Below the pieces are notes generated by a model. That model saw nothing but the letters and a program-made list of their open reading frames with translations. It had not been told where the DNA came from and did no database searches. From positions 9,300,001-9,364,000 of the forward strand of contig OZ249440.1 in the NCBI GenBank assembly GCA_965235115.1: DNA of 64,000 nucleotides, read 5' to 3'. Shown here one piece after another: positions 1 to 12,900 of the stretch. This DNA is from Laetmonice hystrix (Eukaryota). The position numbers were made by a program, and so were the translations under genes. Position 1 is the first letter of the stretch. Each line of letters begins with the position of its first letter.

Positions 1-210
1 GGTACCCGGTACCATGTTGGTACCGGCTGTGAGAGCCGGTACCGGCTGTGAGAGCCGGTACCGGCTGGGAAGGCCGGTACCCGGTACCATGTTGGTACCG
101 GCTGGGAGAGCCGGTACCATAATGGTACCGGCTGGGAGAGCCGGTACCCGGTACCATGTTGGTACCGGTTGGGAGAGCCGGTACCGTGATGGTACCGGCT
201 GGGAGAGCCA
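1..210. repeat. Palindromic minisatellite of GGTACCGGCT-GGGAG-AGCCGGTACC hairpin units interleaved with GGTACCA-TGT-TGGTACC
   Basis: Direct reading; many KpnI sites; truncated by the window start. Confidence 0.9.
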
Positions 211-2297
211 GTAGTAGTACTGGTCGGGGTTGGTGATGCCGCCGTGTCGTCCTCTATGGTAGGGGTGTCGTGTCGTGCGGCGCCGTTGCCCTGCCACGCT
301 GTTGCCACAGCCGGTCTGACAAAATACGACTCTATGACCATTGTTAATACCACCCGATAGAAGCGATCACAATGATAGACATGACGTCTCTTTACCGTGA
401 TCGCCGTCACAGACACAATAAATACCGTCATTATCGACGATCGAGAGGGAACGCCTTTAAAAAAACACTCAGAGACCCGACTGCTGGCTAGTGAGAACTC
501 CTCCCTGTGCCCATCCACAGAACGTCTCATAACAACGTAAACACCTCCTCGTAACCCATCCATTCACCACCTCAGGTCGACCATAAACAAGAGTTAGCGG
601 TCGTCGTGTAACAACATGGAGTTAGGGCTGACTTGAGATGGGGGCCGTCTGGTGGTGGAAGCCATCTAACGACCCCCCTGGCGGTGGGCAGGGGAAGCAA
701 AGCTTGACGTTATATGCCGTCACATCCTAGCAGTTAGCGCACTGAGGACCTTCTAGACGTAAAATGGCACTTAATTATGTGCGGTAGAACGCAAGGTAGG
801 AGCTATGTAAGCGATCTAATAGGTAGGAAAGCATTAGTGACAATAGGCACCATCTCTTTGAGGACTATTCCTATAGATCCATCCCATTTTCTCATGTCAA
901 GTTTATTGAAGTCTGGCTAGTTTATCACTGGGCGTATCTTGGTACCTTGGTACCTGACCTTACAATGATAAAAGGTCTCCAAATGAATATCCTTGAGTTC
1001 ATCAGTCTTTTAAACAAGGGAGGTATACATGGGATATCTGTAATGTGTTTGGAAGTACACACAGGTTGGTCGAGTAGCCTGGGTACTTGGTCCCAGCCTT
1101 GAGGTGATCGAGTCGGTCGGGACTGATCGTCCGATCCGTCCGTCTGTGCGTGGGCCCACCAATAAACAGCTTCTACAATTGATCCGTTAATATTGACGGA
1201 AGCGGACACGGCTAGGTCGCCGACCCCGCATAGTAAGCTTCATTCAGCAGGCCTCACTCGCACCAGGCTACCCTGTTACCACGGCAATATAAAACAACGT
1301 ATCAATAGTGGTGCAAGCTTTCAATCGGCAATAGCCTATCAATACGGCCAGCGGCGGCCGGCCTTGTGTGTACCGCCATGTTAATATCGGTATTGATCTC
1401 AATGTCGATAGCGCCAAGCAGCAAGGATATTACGCTCAATTTCCGCTATAATAATATAAATATTGACCCTTGTACCTCAGCCAAGCTATATTTGCAAATT
1501 TTGCCACCATTTTAAACCTTTCATGTTCTGTCTGCATAGAAGTTGCATCGCCTTGGAGTAACATAAGTAGTATATGAGAGTAAGCGAAGATTTGAAATAG
1601 AAACACAGACAGACACAGATGCATGTGTGTGCTAGCTTTGGCTTCCGCAGAGCAAACGAAAGATCTGTATTTTCATGAAGATTTTTCGATATAGAATTTC
1701 GATTTGCTCGCCTCTACGCCGGAGGCACCAAGTTCTGATGCCATGTCATTACGGAAAATATCAATGGAGATGCCTTACCCCTAGAGAAATTGATGTAACT
1801 GAATACTGAAGTTCAATCAGAAGACAGAATTGGCATTTTATTCATGAATGAATGCAATTTTCTTTCAAGTTGATGCACTTCCAATTAATGATCCGAGAGA
1901 TTTCCAAGTAATAGCGGTATTAGATGTTGTTTTATACAAGCTATTGAAAATGTCCTTTCCAGTTAATTCAAATAGATGTGCTTATAATTCTGACTAAATA
2001 TGACCATCCATTATTCCATAGATTTCCTATAGACCTTTTGGTTATCAAACTGTTTGCGTTACCTTGTCTGTAACATATGACAAATTGTATATAGGGAGAA
2101 ATAAAATTATTGCAATTGTAATAGCTCCAATGACGATCTGAGAAACTTCTCCACGCTTGCCTCTGTACAACTTGCAAGAAAGAGCCAAGTAAAGCCAACG
2201 ATTGAATTTATGGAGTAGGTACAGTGAACGGCTATAAGAAACGGCACCGGCGAACAGAGCACGTCCCTGACACAAGTCTCTGTACCTGAGCGCCGTG

Positions 2298-2345
2298 ATG
2301 TTATTGGAGTGCCTATGTTATTGGAGTGCCGATGTTATTGGAGTG
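2298..2345. repeat. 17-bp tandem repeat x3 (ATGTTATTGGAGTGCCN)
   Basis: Direct reading. Confidence 0.85.
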
Positions 2346-2847
2346 AACTCAATATGGACTCGGTTATTGTCAGGCGTCCGTCTGCACCGTGCCTTGACCT
2401 GTGGCGGTGTGGGGAGCCCAAGGGTTGACCCCGCCGGCAGGAAACAGCGTCACCTAGTGGCCTCGCCTGAAAACAAGCGAACGTTTTTAGTTTCCAATCA
2501 GCGGCATGAACGCAAACAAATTTTTACCTTAATAAAAGATCCTATAAAAGACACTGTTGGAAGATATCTCCAATAGCGGAGTGCAGCGCAGGGAAGTATA
2601 AATGGAAACTTGTTCATAATGGGTGTAGATTACATGAGTTTTAAGTCCATATGGCAGCGGTCGTGTCCTGACAACGCTGGTTACAGTAAACATTTGGAGG
2701 CTGTAGAGAAATACGACCCCAACTGAACAGTAGCAAAGGTCAGACGCAGGTCCGTACAAAGACAAAATCTGGAGTCTACTATTGAAACATCATTGGGGTT
2801 TTAGAGACAGAATAGAATAGGATACCTTCGGTTTAGTAACAGTAAAC

Positions 2848-3054
2848 TGCTGAACCCACCAAGGCGATTCCCCTTGCGACGGCCATGCGATTTTTGATTT
2901 AATGGTGGAATTTCACTCTGAAATTTTTTCTGGCTGGCCTTCTCTGTTTCAGGAAATGTGTTCCATCCTTTAATCTCAAAATTACAATAAAATAAAAAGG
3001 TGATGTCAAAATCGCATGGGCGTCGCAAGGGGAATCGCCTTGGTGGGTTCAGCA
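2848..3054. mobile_element. MITE-like fold-back element with ~50-bp imperfect terminal inverted repeats
   Basis: TGCTGAACCCACCAAGGCGATTCCCCTTGCGACGGCCATGCGATTTTTGA (2848-2897) is mirrored by TCAAAATCGCATGGGCGTCGCAAGGGGAATCGCCTTGGTGGGTTCAGCA (3006-3054); no clear target-site duplication. Confidence 0.7.
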
Positions 3055-3894
3055 CTTAAAAGTCAATGTGTCCTGATGGTGGAAACAGAGAGACAATAGA
3101 GATAGAATAGTGAAGGAGAGATACAACGTCCTTGCAAGTGAACGGCCGGATACTCAGTGCGAGTTACATTCTCTTCTAATTAACTGCCTCAACATGTCCT
3201 TTAGGAAGACAGCATCTCATGAGTGACGTGACGTATTCTTACACGGGTGGGCGATAATAGGTGTAACGACCTTAGCCAAACTGCAGGGTGGACACCAGAG
3301 TTCATAGCAGGCCTATGAAATCGGGACCCTACACGCTAAATGCGTCCTTCTTCAAAGTAGACATAAGAAAGGAGAACTTGAAATCGAAACGCCAGCGCCA
3401 AAGGAGAATGAGGTGTTATAAAGAAGAAGTCCCCAGGTTTGGCTCCGTTGATGAAGGCACTTTGCGGCATGTTGTAAACACGGACAGGGACTACAGTGGT
3501 AGGAAAACGGCGAGTTGGCGGGTCAGTGTCACTTGATGAGAGACAATAGTTCACAAATTGAGCATCCTTCAGAAACGTCGCCCGCCACAGTCTTGTCACA
3601 CGACCAATCTACATGGAGACACCACTCAGTGGACGATTGCGACCGTCTAATCTGTGCCAGTTTGCGGCTGTTTGTTCTCGAGTACCATTTGTCGAGGGTT
3701 TAGTGGCCAATCTCCTGGCTGAGGGCTATACAATCTCAGACAGTCGATGGGGGATGGTGTATCGTCTTAAACGAGTCACAATTTTGCCACTGCTCGACAG
3801 TGGCCTTCCAAGCGTTCATTTCTTATGTCAGTATTGAAAGGACTTGCGTGATTTATTCTGTTTACTAATCAGTCGTTTTTCTTGTGTCTTGCAG

Positions 3895-3982
3895 AACATT
3901 TTCACATATTCGTTGGCGATCTCAGTCCAGATATAGAAACACACCAACTAAGAGATGCGTTCGCACCGTTTGGACAAATATC
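3895..3982 (+). CDS. TIAL1: TIA/TIAR exon (88 nt), RRM2 N-terminal part: [29 protein letters not shown]
   Basis: Branch-like TACTAAT at ~3863, acceptor ...cttgtgtcttgcAG at 3893-3894, donor TC|gtaagt at 3983; RNP2 IFVGDL. Confidence 0.97.
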
Positions 3983-6900
3983 GTAAGTAGCTAACATCTT
4001 TTTGAACTGGTATGTTACAATTACTCTGTACCGTGCCCTATGTAAGAAGTACTTTTACCCGGTTGACACATATCAAAACATGATGGCAAAAGGTTTCGGC
4101 CTTTTTTTAGGCCTACAAAGAGATGACAGGGGAATGTGAGGGGGATAAGAAAAAAAAACGATGTGATTGCTGAGTGTGATCATGAAAGACAAGAACAACA
4201 TAACAGATTCCCCGTGCTCAACAAGCCAAGTGTTGCTACTCAAGTGTACGCGCTAAACATTTTGTATGTATGTCCATAACAAAACTCTTTGAAACAGCCA
4301 ACCCGGGAAGCGTTGTTCTTTTGATGTGTTAAACTCGTTCCTCATCGAAACACATTTCCATGGCAACGAACTTATCTATCTGTTGACCTATATCTGTTAA
4401 TTGAATACATGTCGGTTCCTTTTTTCATTGCGCCCCGCCATGAACTCTCTTTGATTCGAAGATAATAATTTGAGATTGTTTTCAACGATTGCTATGTGAC
4501 AGAGGTAATGACAAGAAACCTCGGAAGATTACACACATTGCTCGGATAAAGCGCGCCATCTGTTGGCTTGTCAATACCTCATCAAAATAGTAATTAAAAA
4601 CTAAAAGGAGGCTCCTCCTGCTGAAATTGGGACCACTGCATTCAATCTTGGCCCTGGCCGCTCCAGGTGGAGTTGTGTTGACTGGACTGTCAAGCTTTTT
4701 CCCAGCTCACCGTCCAGTAGTTTTATCAATATCCATTGCATTAACCGACTGCAGTACACTGACAGCCGAGTGTAATCGATTAGAAGGTGGACTTGTTTGT
4801 AAATACCGAGGCCAACAATGTTTGCCGACAGAAGTTGTAATTTCACAGGGATAGGACGTAAATTATATGCAGGCGTATAAAACAATGGGATTTGCCTGAA
4901 GGTGATCAGTGCTGTAGGTAATCGATGGCGCAGAAAAAGAAGACGAATACAAACGGACGGAAGGAAGTTAGGAGAATAACAGAATTGGGGGAACGAGGGG
5001 AGACAGCTACAGATGTGGAAAGCGGGGAGGGGTTGGAAACGCGCGGTAAGGCACTGTCAGCTGAGATTAATGGATTAAAGCCAAAACAGGAACAGATTGG
5101 CAAATCTAATTAACAGCAGATCCCTCAAACAATATGCTCAACAGCTTAATTTTTTTTCGTGTTGGTCTTGTTTTCATTGACAGTTAAACTTTACACAGAT
5201 TAAAACCAGGACAAATGTTGTCTATTCAGAAACAAGTACAGATAACCTACTCCATTTTGTGGGAAATTTGTCATCCTCAAAGAATTAATTCCATAAGATC
5301 ATTGGAAGCGGTGTTGAGTATATGTTTTAAGTTATAAATCCAAGTTTCACCTATCGCTGAACCGAAACAATTATGTTAAGATTCCATGATATCATGTATG
5401 GAAGCACATTTGAAACACAGTGGAAAGCATGTCGAGGCTTGTGTGGTTCACTTTGGCGGCCTCAAGACAAGAACATGGGCGAGAAAGTCATCGGAAGAAA
5501 TATCGATGAAATATCGTTTAACAGTTATCAGTAAGATTCACGTAAATAATTATTTTTTTAAGAGAAGAAAAATAGATTATATCAGCGTAAGGGATCTAAA
5601 TTGGTTACCCCACAATTAGGCATTAGTAGATCATTACAATAGTTGGGTTTTTTCCTAAGAAGAGACATGGCGAGGCATCCGAAGCTATAGCTCGTAAATT
5701 GCGCAGATGAATCGGGCGATATCGCCGGGAAAGTCTTTGTGGTGTCATTGAAACGGTGACTATCTTTTGACGGATTTATTTATGATGATTGCGTTGTTTT
5801 TCTAACCAAGTTTTAACGGTCCCTTGTGTGAGGGAGACGGCATGGGTATGTCGTCGGATTGAGTGTAAGTCTGCTTACCATCGAGTATAAATCTGCTTAA
5901 CAGGGGTGGGGGGAGGAGGGTGGGGGGAGGGAGGAGGCTCCAGATCAGAATACAGCGTCCGTCCAAGCTAATCTTGTGTCGCCTAGCACTTAGTGAAATC
6001 TTCCACAGAAGTAGGTTGTCATAACAACAGATAGGCGAGCTGGGGACTTTACCTTATTTCTTCTCATGAAGAAGGGGGGAGTGGGGTGGCGGTGGCCGAG
6101 TGGGTTTGGGCGCTGGCTGTGTTAATACGGTCCCGTAACACCATGCAGTGCTGCACATTAAAGAACTGTTGCATCTTCTCTAATAGAGTCGGACGTTGTC
6201 CCGGTGTGCCGGTTTCTTCGGTTCCCTTATTATTCAGTGAAGTTCGGCAGAAGTCGTGCCGGTGACAAGAATTGCAAAGAGACGAATCCAACTGAAAGGG
6301 AGGACGCTCAGTCCAGAGACTGGACGCTCAGTCCAGAGACTGGACGCTCAGTCCAGAGACTGGACGCTCAGTCCAGAGACTGGACGCCCAGTCCAGAGAC
6401 TGGACGCTCAGTCCAGAGACTGGACGCTCAGTCCAGAGACTGGACGCCCAGTCCAGAGACTGGACGCTCAGTCCAGAGACTGGACGCTGCGCCGGCTTCA
6501 GTAAGTCGGCCAAAGATTGCAATACGAACGGCAGCCGGTCGGTTCGCATGCTGCAGTCAGGCCACCTGGAGATCGGGAAATCGGAGAAATCACCTGGGTC
6601 CCTTTGATCTGCAAGAACTTTGCAGGTGTTTATCACGCCAGTGGTTCTCGTTAACATTAACTCTTCTAGAGAAAACCTGCGGCACAGTCGATTTAAACCC
6701 GCCTCATTCTACCGCGCATTTTCATGTTTTCACTTCAAGCTTGGCACAGGTAGCCGTATTTGTAGTTGCCGGAGAGGTTTCCCCCAAGGCTGGCTAACAC
6801 AGGAACTTGGCTAGGTTTTGGTGGGTGTTTGTCCGATAGCGTTGAACGAGCGCCTGGGAGGGATGCCTGCTGTGCCCGTTAGAGGGAGCCAGCAGTGTTC

Positions 6901-9900
6901 GAAGCCAGCGTGCTCCGTGATCTGGCAGTCAGTGACATAGGTAGCGGAGAGCATGGATCATCCACGATGCGTGATATCCGGGCCATAGATCATCCTCGCC
7001 CTATTGTCAGGGGATTAGGAATCTAGGATTACTTGCTGAGGATAAGACAATGTGGCATTGTAGCCTGGTGAAAGAGCGTTGAAGGAAAGAAGGGGGGGGG
7101 GAGGAGTCGGAGAGCCTGGAGTGTGGATCAGCCGACATGCATACATCATGGGGCATGGAGGAGCAGGGCAACGGGTAGCACCCCTGGGGTGGCTCAGGTG
7201 CCTTCAGCAGCATCCCAAAATGAGGCTTGATCCCGGGTGGACGGGGTAGAGCTGCCCCCAGAGACCCCTTGGGGGTGTTTACCAGCCCGCCGTTGCCCCC
7301 TGCCCGGTCTTTGGCTGTCCAGTCACAAGTTCACCGTGGGAAAGTTTGTCGTAGGTGACTGGATTAGTGTCGGTTCGCGGTGAAGATCCAGTTTTGAACC
7401 GGTTAGTGGAGGGAGAGGAGGTTGAGATTATTGTCTTGATCCTATCCTAGCTGTAACAGGCCTTGTGGTCAGGGATAACTCCTTGTGTACGAACAGCATC
7501 AGTATTTTAATGTGTTTTGTAAATCTATTTATAACGCACAAGTAACGCTATCCATATTGGTCATGTATTTAATTCCATTAAAAAGCCTTCCACTATCATG
7601 CCGACGACCTTTACTCCGATTACTGTGCTATAAAGTAGTTTGACGTGGTTCTTCATTCCCATAGATTACCAGCCTGTGGCTGAACATGTTTTCAAGTCGC
7701 TATTATCTACGACTGTCGTCTGCAGTCGCCCGACAGCTCACGGCGGGAGTCGCAAGCGGCGGGTGGGTCGTGAAGGCGGATTTATTGAGTCCGACCTGAA
7801 AGAGAAACATTGTCTGTTGTTTCGGTATTGATGGTTGATAGCGGTTGGGGAGGAATAGGAGGATTTGGAGCAGACATAGCCTGATGTTCGTCTCGGCTGG
7901 AGAGGTGTATTAGGGAGGTCCTAGCTATACGGGTCTATGTTCTGTTCACCACTCCTTGTACTGCGGTCAGCATAATATTCTAACAATTCTCACATAGATC
8001 GGGATCAGTCGGGGTCGATTCGAACGGAGACAGCTGTCAGCCTGGTCGTATGGCTCAGGTAGTCGTCATCAATCGGGAGGGGGGGGGGGTGAACAAAGAT
8101 TGGGGGGGGGGGCAATCATCGGAATGTGTCCGATTATCCTCTCATCTTCGAGCCAAACTCATCTTATTCCATCTTCATGAAAGAGAAACTTCTGATGTGA
8201 AGTAACCGTACGTAACCAGTATTATGTACAACCTGGATGACACCAAGATGTACATGGATGTCGCTAACAGTTTCTGCCCGCCAGTCTCTCTGTAAACAAT
8301 TGCAGCGTATCGCCTTGGATTCTCTAACGATATCGCAATAAAGTAATGCAGGCCGGCGGCTTGTGTTGGGTGATTTCATCAAATAATGTCAGATAATAGA
8401 TGTGATAAAATGGCGGGAAATGATGCCGTCTGACACCGTCGTGTTGGATTGCGGGACATGTTGAGATGGACGACGAGGGTGAGTTATACATATTGAAGGG
8501 AGGTATGAACACTTTCTGCAGGACAGCCTCGGCGTTTTGCCACAATAATGTCCCATCGTCATCCGTTTAGGTCAGACGTCAGAGTTCACATGAGGTCAGG
8601 GGCCAGAGGTCAACAGGAGATGGGAGATGAAGGGATCCGGGAGAAGGGCGAGGATCGACTGGTGAATCGGATCCGACTTTTTGGCGGAAGGCTGGTGATC
8701 AGTTCAGATCAGCCTTGTATAGGGATGGCTTGTGATTCGGATCGGCCTTGTAAAGGGATGGCTTGTGATTCGGATCAGCCTTGTAAAGGGATGGCTTGTG
8801 ATTCGGATCAGGCTTGTAAAGGGATGGCTTGTGATTCGGATCAGGCTTGTAAAGGGATGGCTTGTGATTCGGATCAGGCTTGTAAAGGGATGGCTTGTGA
8901 TTCGGATCAGCCTTGTAAAGGGATGGCTTGTGATTCGAATGGCAGTTGATTCGGAACAGCCTTGATGGAGGAAAGCTGATAATTCGGATCAACCTTGCCG
9001 GAGAATGGCCGGTGATTCAGATCAACCTTGTTCGGCGCTGAGTGCATAGCTGGCGGCCTTGAGAGGCTGGGCCGCAGGCGCGACCCCTGCTGGCCCTAAA
9101 TTGGAGCAAATCCCCAGTGTGTATCCCCTCTCCCAATCAATGGCATTCTAGGGGAGCACAAAGGCTGAGGGAGCAATTGGATGGCGACGCCACAAAAGTA
9201 TGGTTAGGTATTATTGATATGTATTGTGTGTAGAATGGGCAGAGGCTGAGGTGGGAGGTGGAAGGCCGAGTTATGGCTCCTATACCTTTCAAATTTAGTT
9301 GACCGGGATCAATTTTGATGAGAGTTATCCTTGTGGGCACCCCCTACCAACAACCCCCGCCAACATCCACGGCTAACCCCACAACACCCACCCCATCCCA
9401 GCCGACACTAGGTACAAGTGTGCACCATTCGCTGGTGATAGGGTGCTGCTACGTGCACCATTCAGTGGTGATGGGGTTGGACGTGCACCATTCAGTGGTG
9501 ATGGGGTTGGACGTGCACCATTCAGTGGTGATGGGGTTGGATGTGCACCATTCAGCGGTGATGGGGATGGACGTGCACCATTCAGTGGTGATGGGGTTGG
9601 ATGTGCACCATTCAGTGGTGATGGGTTTGGACGTGCACCATTCAGTGGAGATGTGGTGGGGAGGCGACCCAGTCATATACTTAATAAAGGGGCACTCGAT
9701 GTCCTGTCTAGGAGAGCTGTGATCTCAGCGGTCTGGCTGTGCCCTCTGGACGAACACTGTTCCATCCTGGAGGGATGTAGTTTAGTCCGTTTTGGCTAGT
9801 GAGACCTTGGCAGGTGTTAAGTTACCGATAACCGTTTCATTATTAGCAATTCGATAAGAGAGAAAGCTGACCGCAGTCGTGCTGCCTTGAAGTTTGCTGT

Positions 9901-12900
9901 CTTACAGTAATTAATTGATGACCTTTGTCATGACATTTTGAGAGACACCTGTATTCTGAGCTCATGTCATATTATCTTGACTCTAGAGGCTTGAGTGTAA
10001 CCGTATGTATGACATTCAGGCTTTACTCAGGTCCAGATTTGTCCATGATTCACATTGCTTGTTATTGGATCAGACAGCAAAGTCTGTCAAAGTTCATTTG
10101 ACAAAGAACTATGGCTAGGCCTACATGGAAGCGGATCTTGATTAGAGAAACAAAAGTTGGGGGGCGGAAAGTTTTTTCAAGGCTCGAATCAGGCGGTGTT
10201 ACAGTATTTCTCCGATTCTAAACTTGGTACAATATTATGGACAACGCTTTAGATTCTGCATTTGCTGCGTGTTCCATCGACAGGGTCAGTGCCGTTTCAC
10301 CGGGTGTAGCAGCGTTAGTAGTTCCCGTCTCGAGGACGAGAGGGACTGTTCTCAAAGTTGATGGTTGGGATGGTGCACGGCAAGAACAAATGCCCCTTGG
10401 CGTACGAGGCGAAGTACTGGTGGTAACCCCTAGTGGCGAGGGAGTCCCCCCTGTCGGTGCTGCCATGGGGTCAGTCAGCCCTGCCACCATGCCACAGGCC
10501 CGCCATGACGCAGTCTGAAGGCACGACCAGCCAGGCCAGCCAGGAGTTTGCAAAGCAAACAGTGGCCATGGATGCGTTTTGTCTCCATTAGTGATCCCAA
10601 CGCCATCGAGCCAGAACAACACCGAAGTGAACTTTGCCACACAATGCAGCGTGCCCACGAGCTATTATCTTTGCCCACGACGATGCCTAGCCAAATATTT
10701 CCTGTGAAAACGCCCCCACCCCCTCCCTCCTCTCCCTGCCACCCCAAACCACTAGTTCTGTCGTCGTGTAGTTCAGTGTTGCCCGGGCACTGTACCGTTT
10801 ACCGAACTCGGGACGCCCGCCGGACGATCGGTGGTGAAGGCACTAGGACAAGCTTGCTTGAATTGGGTGGACTTATATCGATTGTCATCACGGCCGGTGG
10901 TACGACTGTCAACAGGCCAGGGCGATGGTGGACACGCTGGCGCTGAGGGCGTGGACCAGGCAAACACCAGCTCCACCAAGCTATCACCTCATGGAATTTC
11001 TCACCTGGGCTGACTGTACATGGCAGGTGCCAGGTGTGACCAGCAGCTCGATTTTACTGCGAGTTGGAAACGAAAAGTCATTGGTGAATCCAATGTGGTG
11101 GCAAGCTTCCATTGGAGCAAGGCTCTACTAAGGCTTGCCCGTCCGACAGGGCGCAGCTGGTGGAGGCCATCTGTCAGAAAGAGAGAGATACCCAACAAAC
11201 AAGACAATAGAACACGCTCGAGTGGCTTTATCTAAGAGGTTTATTAGATTTAACAGTGTCGGGTGTCAGGGAAGGGAACGCTTTACGAGTTGGTTGTCAG
11301 TTTTTTCTCCGTTTTGAAGATGACGGACGGCCACCAGCTAGGCGGTGTTTGTGTGGTGTTGGGAGGGTAGTGGTGAGGGTGGGGGATTGACCAGTGGGGG
11401 ATTCACCCTAAAGTTCTTTTGAACATTTACGTTTACTTACTGCTCGTATGTAAAGGTTGGCTACCATGAGCAACGACTTTCTGTGCTCTTAACATTTTGT
11501 TCTGTTAGTCAGGTTCCAGACTAACATGTTAATCACTTATATAACGCTTCTAGTTTACTGAAATCGACAAAATGACGGACTTATTGCTGTTATCACATGG
11601 ACATATTGTACAGTTGATAAAGGCCGTCATTGTTTGTGCCTATAGTATGAACTGGTGCTGTTAAGCAAATTAAATAGAAAATGGGGAGTGAAGGCTGACG
11701 TGGCCTTGTGGGCATATTGCTGGTATTACAGGGGAAACGACAAATAACCAGTGTCATGGTTGGTGTATCATGATTGGTGTATCATGGTTGGTGTATCATG
11801 GTTGGTGTATCATGGTTGGTGTATCATGGAAGTTCTACCTGTGAAATATAACATTCAGTGAACACTTTGGGTTTTTAACCCATCGAACGGTATGCTATTA
11901 AAGATAATTAAAGGCTTGTCACGGATCGACGACTAATTAAACGGTAGCGTTTGGAGAGCCTTAGTGAGGCAGGTTTGATGCCGGATGAGTGCTCCTCCTG
12001 CCATACTTGACGTCAAATCCTTTAATTACTTTGCTGCCGTCTGAATCGTACTGCTAAATCAAATGTAATGCCCCTCTAAAGGCCCCAGAATCAACGTCGG
12101 CCATTTCTGTCGGTCTTGTGTTGACAACTCCCCAATGTAAAAAGATCTTCGTTTCAGTGGGTGATATTTCCCCCGGGGCGGGTCGGGGGGTACCGACGTG
12201 AGAAACGAGAAATGATTGCCCTGGCCTCGGAGGAGTTCTGGGAGGACGTTAAGGAATCTTGATTACCACAAGGTGGGTTTGTGGGTTCAGATCAGCAGGA
12301 CGACAAGTCACTCAAGGGTCGGTTACTGATATTATCAAGATGTTGGCGACAGTTGTCACCTGGAGGGTTCTCTAACCGTCTGTGGCGTTCTTATCGCCAG
12401 TCAGTGTCAACCTCAGTCCGGGACGGCTGAGAGAAGCCATGGGATAGAGGCGTCTTTGGTATAGATTGAGTCAGCTTTTAACTGTGATCAAATCATACTA
12501 ATAAGTTGGGTTCTGTGGGGACTGGGGGATGTGTTTGGCAACAGGAACGGGTCGTTGGTAGTCACAGCGACCTCTCTCGCTGGAGAGAGACGGAGAGAAA
12601 AAGACCTGCCTCTACTGGAATATTAACCCAAATCAGATTTCACTCAAATGTCTCACTTAAAACATTGGCAATCTGATTAGAACAGATTGCTATTGTCCTT
12701 TTTGTGTATTATTAAAAGTTTTCCAGGCGCTTGATTATTCACAAAGCTGTCAGACCCCTGAAATTGGCATTGATGGTGTGACAAATGTGATTTCTTTATG
12801 ATTAGTAGTTTTATGCCGGGCGGGCCTCGGGCTGAGACGGGTCCAGGGAGGGGTTTTCGCTCGAGTTGCCACGACAGCGTGACACTTTCCCAGTCAATAT

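Noticed and set aside
1-3894. Search for upstream RRM1 or linker exons (e.g. VKVNWA motif)
   Set aside because: None found by eye; the 5' part of the gene presumably lies before the window.
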